64,000 bases of DNA from an uncultured bacterium (lineage in GTDB: Bacteria; Acidobacteriota; HRBIN11; JAKEFK01). Positions 40,501-49,370 of this stretch are shown in pieces. Made by a program: the position numbers and the translations under genes. The stretch covers positions 1,696,001-1,760,000 of the forward strand of contig CAVZQN010000004.1 in NCBI GenBank assembly GCA_963777505.1. The letters are read 5' to 3'. The notes under the pieces are model-generated. The model made no database searches, was not told the DNA's origin, and worked only from the letters and a program-made list of their open reading frames with translations. The number at the start of each line of letters is the position of its first letter. The stretch's first letter is position 1.

Positions 40501-40776
40501 TCTTTTTAATTCGGCAGGGGAGACAGCGCTGACCGCAATCAGTGGAAGGCGCGCAAATTCAGCATCTTCGCGAACGTATTGGCAAAAACGGAAGCCATCG
40601 ATTTTTGGAAGAACCAGATCAAGAAGAACTGCATCTGGCTTTTTTTCCCGCATTCTCTGCAGACCTTCCATTCCATCTGCAGCTTTATATACATCATGAC
40701 CAGCCTCGCGAAGGCCATCTTCCAGCTGTTGAAGAATTAGCCGGTCATTATCAATGATCAGCAGGCGCAGTCCCAT
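37549..40776 (-). CDS. Hybrid signalling protein REC-PAS-PAS-HisKA-HATPase-REC-REC-GGDEF
   Basis: LLDLVLP, SHELRTPL, NAVKY, GTGLGL, LLDLMLP, LDIDHLKSYNDTYG, GHVAGDDF. Confidence 0.88.
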   Translation of the reverse strand: MGLRLLIIDNDRLILQQLEDGLREAGHDVYKAADGMEGLQRMREKKPDAVLLDLVLPKIDGFRFCQYVREDAEFARLPLIAVSAVSPAELKRAIDSGATAAVAKESIQDLLPKLMTLLEQFTPVHNNEASAAASASEITKELLQERARFLNLLNSMPEGVLELDNEHRVIYMNSAASRMLEQPEAAVAGRNFRELFEPSIQTSIGDMLMHISIGTVSSVQSDFDVEERTLRIALNAITTQGSFAGCVASLRDVSAENNRLEDEKNRTKAIIDSMIDGVVLVNLQGEVVLINQAARKLLHLSRREDHLTVKALEESLTGSSYDITRGLSRSFVSQIALQEEIRVFERMLALHVSPVFDTDGIQIGTFVLMRDVTDEKTQEDRRNEFLSVISHELRTPLASIRGSLDLVFKEVLGPLGEKQRRYLELARTSCEKLNTVIGDLLDLSKFEKGRMEIKLGQVMLNRIVDEVVERFQPYAMEKGANIRFSHPESEAQVYGDGNRLIQVLNNLISNAVKYTPPGAKIEVELFVPAIMPPQVGVSVKDNGPGIRPEELDRIFDKYTQPYPSAGPGGTGLGLAISRSIIEAHRGKIWVESTPGKGAKFIFILPVEKRSGQSPEIYAELTTLGRREELDGLVVSGDESAAYALKGILMERRFRVTIARTIEEAQTSLRERIPHLIVADLDADQNIDEGFIDFLEHDAETERVPIVVFSQNPARIRPRGNVMMGTKPIDAHQFVQLLPEALMKMYGGDQKKCVLVVDDDANLRMICREVLEFERYRVLEAGSGREAFEHLRRFTPDLILLDLMLPDRSGFEVAETLKADIILSRIPIVFLTARGQTEDKVRALRAGGADYLVKPFDTTELGARIESILRRTEEELHASPTTKLPGSAAIEKEISRLLSMQKKFACCYLDIDHLKSYNDTYGYAKADGVVRQTGDIIRDTILRSGNPGDFAGHVAGDDFIFITSPEKSDELCGQIIAQFDAIIPFYYRREDRERGYIENEDRYGEWRKFPLMSISIACLTNEEKDLTDHIQIATLAAEYKRQAKMIRGSSYVKNGINQMGDQASPAEPSKDYEENV

Positions 40777-40890
40777 GTCTGCTATTTTCGCCGTAAATTG
40801 GAATCAACGCAATTTATTAATTGGGAGCGCGGACGTCTCGCCTGCAAAAATTCTAATTCTTTTGGTGCTGTCGTCTTAGACTTGCATCAA

Positions 40891-41692
40891 CTATTCTTTG
40901 ATTTTCGTACCGCCTAAAGGCACTGACGGGATTCCCGGGTCTTGGTCGACTTTCTTCTGGAAATCCGCGCCGCCCAAGGGTATGGATGGGAATTTCGTTT
41001 CAGTAGGAAGCTTCTTCTGAAAATCTTCACCACCCAGCGGTACGGAATTAGGAAATCCGGATTCTTTTGAAATTTTGTCTTGGAAATCTTTACCTCCAAG
41101 TGGCACAGAAGGGATACCTGAATCCTGAGAGATCTTTTGCTGAAAATCTTTGCCGCCAAGAGGCACAGAAGGAATTCCCGAATCTTTCGAGATCTTGTTT
41201 TGAAAATCTCTCCCGCCCAGGGGAACAGAGGGAATGGATTTTTGTAATTCCAACTGACGGGCCGTACCTGAAGTATTCAACTCAGATGTTTTCGACGACT
41301 TCGCTTCCTGTGAAATTTTCTCTTTCACTTTTTGTGAAGTTGTATGGTCCGGATTGAGTGTTTTTAGAAGTTTCTCCCTGCTGAATGCAGAGAGTTTGTA
41401 TTCCAATTTCTCCGCAAGGCCTGCGTTTGATGTAAGCAGGTTGTACATATATTGTTTGTCTTCGGTCGAGAGGTTCTTGAACGTGTTTTCAAGATGATCG
41501 ACTCTTGCTTTGGCTGCTTTGATGTCGCCTTTCTGAACGGGTTGATTCAAAGTGTTTAGAGTCTCGGTAAGGATTTCAGTTTGTCTTTCGGCTATTTTGT
41601 TTTCATCTGCCGTGAGTTCCTGATTATTCGTTTATTTTCTGATCCATCCAGGCAGGATCGGTGGTGGGATTATTCGAGCCGATTCTAGTCAT
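40891..41692 (-). CDS. Hypothetical protein with C-terminal 20-aa tandem repeats; apparent frameshift near 41632
   Basis: AGGAGG-N7-ATG at 41692 (MTRIGSNNP...) joins the 40891-41550 ORF if one base is removed at TTT 41631-41633. Confidence 0.6.
40909..41235 (-). repeat. Coding tandem repeat, ~60-bp unit, 5 full copies plus a partial sixth
   Basis: Unit IPSVPLGG(K/R)DFQxKISxxSG. Confidence 0.9.
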
Positions 41693-41816
41693 TTTGTTGC
41701 CTCCTACGTCATCTGCTATCAATTCAAAAGCAGTTCAATAACAAAGACGTAGGCTGAATCGACTGAACGGCCGTATTTGGTAGGCCTTTTCCAATTGTGG
41801 GATTTCGACCTCAATG

Positions 41817-42458
41817 TCACTGCACTACAACTTTGAATGGGTAACCGCTGATTACCTCAGGCACATCGTCGGTGAATCCGGAAAGTTCAAAGATATAATT
41901 TTCCTCTTCGACGAATTTGGCTGGCATCCCAAATTGAACTGTTTTTCCAACAGGCCTAAGTTTGCTGCTTTGCCAGAGAGATTTGTCCGCATCAAGATCC
42001 TTTAGCGCGACTTGATATTCGGAAAAGCCGGTATTTTCTAGTTGCAATGTAACTGCGACATAATCGACCTCTGGAGGAAGCGGGAGGAGTTGTACTTTTC
42101 CGGACGCTCTAGTTTGAGGCGATAGACTTAACTCGACGATTTTCACATCGCCTGGGTCTTCTTGAGGTCGCTGTTGAGATGCAAGTTGTCTTTGAGCTCG
42201 CGTCAGTTTTTGGCGAACGTCAGAAAGTTCTTTTTTTGTTTCGGCTTCCGCGGACTCTTGGTTAGAAACCTGTTGCTGCAACTGTTGTTCGCGTCGTTCA
42301 AGTAAATCCCGTTCTTTTTGTAATTGTGCAATTCGATCATGCATTACCATCTGTTCACGCAGTAGATAGCCAGCTGCCACCAGCATGACCAACAGAGCGG
42401 CCGCAAGTGCCCATTGCAATGCCGATCCACGAGATTGCTTGTTAGTTGTTTCGTTCAC
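41817..42458 (-). CDS. TM-coiled-coil-beta-domain hypothetical protein (anti-sigma-like C-terminal part)
   Basis: WALAAALLV TM, Q-rich coiled coil, LSLSPQTR followed by a beta-rich domain. Confidence 0.6.
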   Translation of the reverse strand: MNETTNKQSRGSALQWALAAALLVMLVAAGYLLREQMVMHDRIAQLQKERDLLERREQQLQQQVSNQESAEAETKKELSDVRQKLTRAQRQLASQQRPQEDPGDVKIVELSLSPQTRASGKVQLLPLPPEVDYVAVTLQLENTGFSEYQVALKDLDADKSLWQSSKLRPVGKTVQFGMPAKFVEEENYIFELSGFTDDVPEVISGYPFKVVVQ

Positions 42459-42564
42459 TATAGATCCAAGTGTGAAATCGTTGCTTTCGAGGCAATCAAC
42501 TCCAGATCATTTTCTCACAATTCGATAATATGATTAGGAATTTGTAACGCTTGCGCGCGGCCAT

Positions 42565-42642
42565 GCGGGCAAGGATGCCCGCGCTCCGTAATGCAGGCAA
42601 AGATGCCTGCGTCCCGTAATGCGGGCAGGATGCCCGCGCTCC
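42565..42642. repeat. GGAG-type REP triplet, family B
   Basis: GCGGGCAAGGATGCCCGCGCTCC-like units separated by GTAAT. Confidence 0.85.
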
Positions 42643-42657
42643 GTATAAAATACATCT

Positions 42658-44019
42658 ATGCTGCGATCGTTGTTGATTCAAGAAGACGAAATCGGGCTGT
42701 TAACGGACCTGTACGAGATCACAATGTCGGCAGCGTATTGGTCTCAAAGCTTGAACCAACAAGCGACCTTCGAGTTGTATTTTCGAAGGCTGCCTCTCAA
42801 TCGTTCGTATATTCTTGCCGCAGGACTTGAGCAGGCATTGCATTATCTCACCTCATTTCGATTCACAGCAGAATCGATCAATTATTTGCGATCTCTGGAA
42901 GTGTTTAAACACGTAGAGAAGGGTTTTTGGGATTTTCTATCAGAATTGAAATTTACCGGTGACGTTCGCGCAGTTCCTGAAGGTACACCGATTTTTCCGC
43001 TGGAACCTGTACTGCAAATTACAGCTCCGCTGATTGAAGCTCAAATCGCGGAAACGTATTTGCTTTCCGTGATGAACATGCAATCGATGATCGCAACAAA
43101 AGCAGCCAGAGTCACCACGGCTGCATCGGGCGTTCCCTGCGTTGAATTTGGCGGCAGGCGTGCACATGGACCACAGGCGGCATTATATGCTGCGCGCGCT
43201 TCTTACATTGGAGGCTGCATTGGCACATCCAATACACTTGCGGGACAAATGTGCGGCATTCCAGTGTTTGGCACCGCAGCACACTCATTCATCATGGCCT
43301 TTCCAACCGAACTTGATTCATTTAAAGCTTTCCAAAATGTGTTTCCCAATGACTCAATTTTGTTAATCGATACATATGACACTCTTGCTGCTGCAGAAAA
43401 AATAAAAGAACTCGTAGATGTTAAAGCTGTCAGAATCGATAGCGGAAATCTTGCGGAACTTGCGCGAAAGGTTCGAACCATTCTTGATCGCAACAAAATG
43501 CAAGACGTCAAAATTTTCCTTTCAGGTGATTTAAATGAATATAAAATTCATGATCTTCTTAAGAATCGCGTTCCTGTAGATTATTTTGGCGTTGGAACTG
43601 AACTAGCTACTTCATATGATGACCCTGCAATGAGCGGAGTTTATAAAATGGTAGAACTCCAAAGCGATACAGGCATGGTTCCAAAAATTAAGACAAGCCC
43701 AGACAAGCCATCGTATCCAGGTAAGAAACAAGTATTTCGATTTGAAGCAGGTGGTTTTTATAAGAAGGATGTAATTGCACTTGAAAATGAGCCGGTACCA
43801 CAACCTGGAATTCCACTGCTTAAAGACGTTATGAAAAACGGAGTGCTGGTGGAGGAACTCCCAACAATTGAAGACTCAAGGAAATTTGCTCTAGGTAATC
43901 TGGCTCATCTTCCGAATGAATTTCACGATCTTGAAAAGCCAGCGCAGTATGAGATCAATCTCTCCGAGACGTTGATTGATTTGCACAAGAGCATTGCCGC
44001 CAGGGTTGGGTCACATTAA
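42658..44019 (+). CDS. pncB: Nicotinate phosphoribosyltransferase
   Basis: LLTDLYEITM, EFGGRRAHG, GTAAHSF, LLIDTYD, VRIDSG, GVGT. Confidence 0.95.
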   Translation: MLRSLLIQEDEIGLLTDLYEITMSAAYWSQSLNQQATFELYFRRLPLNRSYILAAGLEQALHYLTSFRFTAESINYLRSLEVFKHVEKGFWDFLSELKFTGDVRAVPEGTPIFPLEPVLQITAPLIEAQIAETYLLSVMNMQSMIATKAARVTTAASGVPCVEFGGRRAHGPQAALYAARASYIGGCIGTSNTLAGQMCGIPVFGTAAHSFIMAFPTELDSFKAFQNVFPNDSILLIDTYDTLAAAEKIKELVDVKAVRIDSGNLAELARKVRTILDRNKMQDVKIFLSGDLNEYKIHDLLKNRVPVDYFGVGTELATSYDDPAMSGVYKMVELQSDTGMVPKIKTSPDKPSYPGKKQVFRFEAGGFYKKDVIALENEPVPQPGIPLLKDVMKNGVLVEELPTIEDSRKFALGNLAHLPNEFHDLEKPAQYEINLSETLIDLHKSIAARVGSH

Positions 44020-44028
44020 TCTATTCAT

Positions 44029-45666
44029 ATGAAAGTTGCCCTTGGACAGATCAATACGACCGTAGGTGCGTTGAAAGAGAACGTACGAAAGATTCTCGAT
44101 TACACAACGCAGGCAAAAGGGAAGGCCGACATTATCCTGTTTCCGGAGCTGGCGATCGCCGGTTATCCTCCGAAAGATCTTTTGGAAAAACAGGATTTTA
44201 TTGAAGCGAATCTCACAGCACTAAATCAGCTCGCTGAGCAAATTGAAGGGATCGATGTTGTAGTCGGTTTCGCAGAACCGAACCGCGCACCTCAAGGCAA
44301 ACCGTGTTTTAATTCCGCGGCTGTCATTCGCGACCGCAAAGTTGTTTCGATTCATCGAAAGACTTTGCTGCCTACCTACGATGTCTTTGATGAAGGTCGT
44401 TATTTTGAACCTGCAAGAACTCATGATCTTGTGATGATTGAAGGTCATCAGGTTGGCGTTACAGTTTGTGAAGATGTTTGGAATGACAAGGATTCATTTT
44501 CACGGCCGTTATATCACACCGATCCGTTACAGATTCAAGTCAAAATGGGCGCCGAATACATCTTGAATATTTCAGCGTCTCCGTATCATAAAGAAAAGTG
44601 GGAAGAGCGTCACAATTTATTACAGAATGAAGCGCGTAAATATAAGAAGTATGTGGTTTATGTGAATCTGGTTGGTGGAAATGATGAACTAATTTTTGAT
44701 GGACGAAGCATCATCATTTCTCCGGAAGGGGAAGTCGTCGCGCGCGCGAAAGATTTTGAAGAAGACCTTTTGATTTTCGATCTGGATTCTAAAGAACCGA
44801 TTATCCGTTCTGGCAGCAATAGCATGATCGAAAATGCCGAAAAGGCTCTTGTGCTTGGGACACGTGACTATGTATCTAAATGCGGCTTTTCAAAAGTGCA
44901 TATGGGTTTGAGCGGGGGTGTGGACTCCGCTGTCACATGCGTGCTCGCGGTGAAAGCGCTAGGTGCAGAAAATGTACTGGGTGTGATGATGCCATCACAA
45001 TATTCTTCGGACCATTCAATTTCTGACGCTGTCGCGCTCGCAAAAAACTTAGGGATCAAATATGAAATTATCCCAATTGAAAATACGTTCAATGTATACC
45101 GCAAGGAATTAAAACCGATTTTCAAAGACGCTCCTGAAGACGTAACGGAAGAGAATTTGCAAGCACGGATCCGCGGAAATTTGTTGATGGCTCTTTCGAA
45201 TAAATACAATTTTCTTTTGTTAAGCACAGGAAATAAATCCGAACTTGCTGTAGGCTACACCACTTTATATGGCGATAGCTGCGGCGGTCTTGCTGTGATT
45301 TCCGATCTGCCGAAAACAATGGTGTATGAACTTGCAAATCACATGAATCGTGAACGCGAAATTATTCCGAAAAATACAATTACAAAGGCGCCAAGCGCTG
45401 AACTTCGTCCAGGACAGAAGGATTCTGATTCATTGCCGCAGTATGAAACTCTGGATCCCATTCTTGAGGGTTACGTAGAAGATAATCTTGGAGTGGAAGA
45501 AATTGTAGCGCGTACTGGTGCGGATGCAGCGCTTGTACAAAAGATCTTGCGGATGGTTGATCGTGCGGAATATAAACGCAAACAACTTCCAATCGGTTTA
45601 AAAATTACGACGAAAGCTTTTGGTTTTGGCCGGCGCATGCCAATCGCGCAGAAGTTCGAGCATTAA
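44029..45666 (+). CDS. nadE: Glutamine-dependent NAD+ synthetase
   Basis: Nitrilase domain (FPEL, K, CED) plus GLSGGVDS, ENLQAR, TGNKSE, PSAEL. Confidence 0.96.
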   Translation: MKVALGQINTTVGALKENVRKILDYTTQAKGKADIILFPELAIAGYPPKDLLEKQDFIEANLTALNQLAEQIEGIDVVVGFAEPNRAPQGKPCFNSAAVIRDRKVVSIHRKTLLPTYDVFDEGRYFEPARTHDLVMIEGHQVGVTVCEDVWNDKDSFSRPLYHTDPLQIQVKMGAEYILNISASPYHKEKWEERHNLLQNEARKYKKYVVYVNLVGGNDELIFDGRSIIISPEGEVVARAKDFEEDLLIFDLDSKEPIIRSGSNSMIENAEKALVLGTRDYVSKCGFSKVHMGLSGGVDSAVTCVLAVKALGAENVLGVMMPSQYSSDHSISDAVALAKNLGIKYEIIPIENTFNVYRKELKPIFKDAPEDVTEENLQARIRGNLLMALSNKYNFLLLSTGNKSELAVGYTTLYGDSCGGLAVISDLPKTMVYELANHMNREREIIPKNTITKAPSAELRPGQKDSDSLPQYETLDPILEGYVEDNLGVEEIVARTGADAALVQKILRMVDRAEYKRKQLPIGLKITTKAFGFGRRMPIAQKFEH

Positions 45667-45682
45667 CCGCAGAGACGCAAAG

Positions 45683-47128
45683 CTATCCTTTCACGACGCC
45701 GATGGGGCGGAGGCGTACAACTTTACGGCTGATTCCGGAGTTGTGCATTACATCTACAACTGCGTGAACATTCTTATACGCTTCAGGCATTTCTTCCGCA
45801 ACGGTACGCATTCCTTTTGCCATTACGCTGATGCCTTTCTTTTTCATTTCATTAATGATGTTACGTCCGCGTGCAGTTTCCGTTGCTTTTTTACGGCTCA
45901 TCACACGTCCTGCGCCATGGCATGAACTGCCGAACGTTTCATCCATCGCTTTGTTTGTTCCAACAAGAACATACGATGCATTTCCCATGTCACCTGGAAT
46001 TAGAACAGGCTGGCCGAGATCACGATACACTTCAGGAAGTTGAGCGTGACCCGGCGGAAAAGCGCGAGTTGCTCCTTTGCGATGGATACACAATTCTTTT
46101 TCTTTGCCATTGATTCGATGCTTTTCAAATTTTGCGATGTTGTGACAAACATCATAAACAAGACGCCAACCCAGTTCCTCTTCAGACATCTTCATTGATT
46201 CAACGATCGCCTTTTTTGCAAGATGCATCATCGCTTGCCTGTTTGCCCATGCAAAATTGGCAGCAGCAGCCATCGCACCGAGATAACTTCTGCCTTCCTC
46301 GGAACGAACCGGTACGCAAGCAAGCTGAAGATCGGGCAATTGAATTCCATGATGTTTCATTGCAGACTGCATCGTTCGTAAATAATCCTGACAAACCTGA
46401 TGTCCGAGTCCGCGTGAACCGCTATGAATAAAAATGCAAAGATTTCCTTGTTCTAAACCCAGAGCCTCGGCGACTTTTGAATCAAAGATTTCATCAACAA
46501 TGTCGAGTTCAAGAAAATGGTTTCCGGATCCTAATGAGCCAAGTTGACCGCTTCCGCGATCGAAGGCTTCTTTTGAAACAGAATCAGGATCGGCGCTCTT
46601 CAAACAACCATATTCTTCCGTTCGCGCGAGATCATCTTCCGTTCCCATTTCTCTCTCAACAACCCAGCGTGATCCTTTACCAAGAATTTCATGTAACTCA
46701 GGCTTGCTTAACTTTTTAACTCCGCTTGCAGATCCAACGCCGGATGGTACGTGATAAAAGAGATTGCGGACAACATCATGCAGTTTGTCGCGCACATCTT
46801 CTTCTTTCAGATTAGTGCGAGCTAATCTCACACCGCAATTAATGTCGTAACCAACTCCACCTGGCGAAATAACTCCATCTGCATCTGGATCCGTTGCGCA
46901 AACTCCGCCAATCGGAAATCCGTAACCAAGATGAATATCAGGCATGGCAATCGAATACTTAACGATTCCCGGCAGATGCGCCACGTTTGCAACCTGCTTG
47001 AGCGAATCATCTTGTTTGATCGCATCTAGAAATTCTTCGCTTGCGTAAATTCTGCCAGGCACACGCATCCCGCCTGTTTTTGGAATTTCCCATAAATAGT
47101 CGTTAATCTTCTTAAGTTCCATAGACAC
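45683..47128 (-). CDS. rtcB: RNA ligase RtcB, long archaeal/eukaryotic-like form
   Basis: MPDIHLGYGFPIG, GYDINCG, GSGNHF, HSGSRG, HRKGA, SSCHGAGR, EAYK. Confidence 0.95.
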   Translation of the reverse strand: MSMELKKINDYLWEIPKTGGMRVPGRIYASEEFLDAIKQDDSLKQVANVAHLPGIVKYSIAMPDIHLGYGFPIGGVCATDPDADGVISPGGVGYDINCGVRLARTNLKEEDVRDKLHDVVRNLFYHVPSGVGSASGVKKLSKPELHEILGKGSRWVVEREMGTEDDLARTEEYGCLKSADPDSVSKEAFDRGSGQLGSLGSGNHFLELDIVDEIFDSKVAEALGLEQGNLCIFIHSGSRGLGHQVCQDYLRTMQSAMKHHGIQLPDLQLACVPVRSEEGRSYLGAMAAAANFAWANRQAMMHLAKKAIVESMKMSEEELGWRLVYDVCHNIAKFEKHRINGKEKELCIHRKGATRAFPPGHAQLPEVYRDLGQPVLIPGDMGNASYVLVGTNKAMDETFGSSCHGAGRVMSRKKATETARGRNIINEMKKKGISVMAKGMRTVAEEMPEAYKNVHAVVDVMHNSGISRKVVRLRPIGVVKG

Positions 47129-47252
47129 TAACTATTATAAACTTGGAGGTTGATTTCAGCACGAAGACACAACGGCACTAAAATGACGAAAAAAGAAATA
47201 TTATTATTTGTGATCCTTGGTGCTTAGTGTCTTCGTGTTAAATCCTGGACTT

Positions 47253-48554
47253 ATGTTCACCGAAATCAAGCATTCGCAACAGAATTCGAACCCGCATGTA
47301 GTTGTGATTGGATCAGGTTTTGGTGGTCTCTACGCGGTGAAAAATCTTGCCAGAGCGCCTTTGCGAATCACGATTATTGACCGCAGCAATCATCATTTAT
47401 TTCAACCGCTCTTGTATCAGGTAGCAACCGCAGCCATTTCGCCGGGTGATATTGCTCAGCCAATTCGCAAAATCTTTCGCCGTTACAAAAATGTTCAGGT
47501 ATTGATGACTGAGGCCGAATCGATTGATGTTGAACGGAAGCGAGTTGACTGTACAGACGGATTCATCTCCTACGACTTTTTGATTGTTGCAACAGGCGCA
47601 ACACATGCCTATTTCGGACATGAGGAGTGGAGTCAAATTGCTCCCGGCTTGAAATCACTGGAAGATGCGATCGAAATGAGGCGCATGTTTTTGACAGCGT
47701 TTGAAGAAGCGGAAAAAGAGCCAGATCAAAAACGGCGCGAAGCATTGATGAAGTTTGTAATTGTAGGTGCTGGGCCCACAGGGGTTGAATTGGCAGGCAC
47801 AATCTCAGAAGTTGCACGGCGAGCACTTGCTGAAGAATTTCGGCATATAGATTCACGCCAGTCGCGAGTGATTTTGCTTGAAGGCGGTCCTCGAGTTTTA
47901 CCGGCGTATCCGGAAAGTTTATCTGAAAGTGCGCGAAGGCAACTGGAAAAACTTGGAGTTGAAGTGCGCACGAATTCGCTTGTAACAAACATTGAAGAGG
48001 GAGCAGTTTATGTAGGCAATGAAAAGATTGCGACTGAATGTATTTTCTGGGCCGCCGGAGTCGCAGCTTCACCGTTAGTCAAATCTCTTGGTGCTTCAAT
48101 CGATCGTGCTGGAAGAGTCAAAGTAAACACAAACTTATCAATCGATGGTCATCCGGAAGTTTTAGTCATCGGAGATACAGCGGCTGTTATCGATGCAGAA
48201 GGAAAACAGGTGCCTGGAGTCGCACCGGCAGCGATTCAAATGGGACAATACGCCGCAAAATCGATTCGAGCCAAATTAAAAGGAAAATCGATCAAACCAT
48301 TTTCATATTGGGATAAAGGGAGTCTTGCCACAATCGGTCGTGCTGCGGCTGTAGGGTACATCGGAAAGCTGAAAATTTCCGGATTTATTGCATGGATTGG
48401 ATGGCTGTTGGTTCACATCATGTTTTTAATCGGCTTTCGTAATCGTCTTTTTGTAATTTTGCAATGGGGCTGGGCCTATTTCATGTTCAGCATGAGCGCA
48501 CAATTGATCACATACTACGATTTGCAAAAACGTGAAACCAAAAAGCCAGTCTAG
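47253..48554 (+). CDS. ndh: Type II NADH dehydrogenase
   Basis: GSGFGG, FQPLLYQVAT, GAGPTGVE, WAAGV, APAAIQMG. Confidence 0.92.
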   Translation: MFTEIKHSQQNSNPHVVVIGSGFGGLYAVKNLARAPLRITIIDRSNHHLFQPLLYQVATAAISPGDIAQPIRKIFRRYKNVQVLMTEAESIDVERKRVDCTDGFISYDFLIVATGATHAYFGHEEWSQIAPGLKSLEDAIEMRRMFLTAFEEAEKEPDQKRREALMKFVIVGAGPTGVELAGTISEVARRALAEEFRHIDSRQSRVILLEGGPRVLPAYPESLSESARRQLEKLGVEVRTNSLVTNIEEGAVYVGNEKIATECIFWAAGVAASPLVKSLGASIDRAGRVKVNTNLSIDGHPEVLVIGDTAAVIDAEGKQVPGVAPAAIQMGQYAAKSIRAKLKGKSIKPFSYWDKGSLATIGRAAAVGYIGKLKISGFIAWIGWLLVHIMFLIGFRNRLFVILQWGWAYFMFSMSAQLITYYDLQKRETKKPV

Positions 48555-48560
48555 AAATTC

Positions 48561-48609
48561 GGAGCGCGGACATCCTGTCCGCATTAAGGGCCGCAGGCAT
48601 CTTGCCTGC
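48561..48609. repeat. GGAG-type REP doublet, family B
   Basis: GGAGCGCGGACATCCTGTCCGC-ATTAA-GGGCCGCAGGCATCTTGCCTGC. Confidence 0.85.
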
Positions 48610-48620
48610 AAGAGTTTTTT

Positions 48621-49283
48621 GTGACTATTGTCGAACTTATTTCTATCCCCAGCGGCACTTTTCTCATGGGATCCGAAAATGGTTCCGATGACGAACGACC
48701 GGTACACAAAGTTTTTGTTAGTCCATATCAAATCGGACGTTTTCCCGTTACAAATCGAGAGTTCAAGGAATTTGCAGTAAACCATTCGCTGCAACCAGGC
48801 TTTGATCATCCGGACCAACCTGTAACAAGTGTTAGTTGGTTTGATGCAGTAGCGTATTGCGACTGGCTATCAAAAGAAACCGGAAAGCTTTATCGATTGC
48901 CAACCGAAGCAGAATGGGAATTTGCCGCTACTTCAGGCAACCCACGAAATATTTATCCTTGGGGAATCCGAACATGGGATGAATGGCCGGAATTGCATCA
49001 GCGTTTTTTAAACGGACCAGAGACTGTTGGGTCATTTAATCCGAATGAATTTGGGATTCATGATATGGGAATGAATGTGCATGAATGGTGCTGTGATTGG
49101 TACGATCGCGAATATTATTCAAGTTCGCTTTTTGAAAATCCAAAAGGTCCACCAAAGGGAACCCGCAGATCTTCTCGTGGTGGTTCATGGCGTCATCAAA
49201 TCAAAATCACACGATGCGCGGCGCGCAGTTCAATCCCACCTGGAATGCGGTATGCGGATTATGGGTTTCGAATTGTAATTTAA
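48621..49283 (+). CDS. Formylglycine-generating enzyme (SUMF1) fold protein
   Basis: FLMGS, DERPVH, RLPTEAEWEFAA, NVHEWC, RGGSW, GFR; lacks the FGE catalytic Cys pair after RGGS. Confidence 0.85.
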   Translation: MTIVELISIPSGTFLMGSENGSDDERPVHKVFVSPYQIGRFPVTNREFKEFAVNHSLQPGFDHPDQPVTSVSWFDAVAYCDWLSKETGKLYRLPTEAEWEFAATSGNPRNIYPWGIRTWDEWPELHQRFLNGPETVGSFNPNEFGIHDMGMNVHEWCCDWYDREYYSSSLFENPKGPPKGTRRSSRGGSWRHQIKITRCAARSSIPPGMRYADYGFRIVI

Positions 49284-49313
49284 CAACAAAAAAAGAACGA
49301 GAAAAAGAACTTT

Positions 49314-49363
49314 GCAGGCAAGATGCCTGCGGCCCGAAATGCGGACAAGGATGTCCGCGCTCC
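49314..49363. repeat. GGAG-type REP doublet, family B, inverted relative to 48561
   Basis: Reverse complement nearly identical to 48561-48609. Confidence 0.85.
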
Positions 49364-49370
49364 GATCTTC

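Noticed and set aside
40909-41235. CRISPR array
   Set aside because: Repeats are in-frame coding units with synonymous variation, without unique spacers or cas genes.
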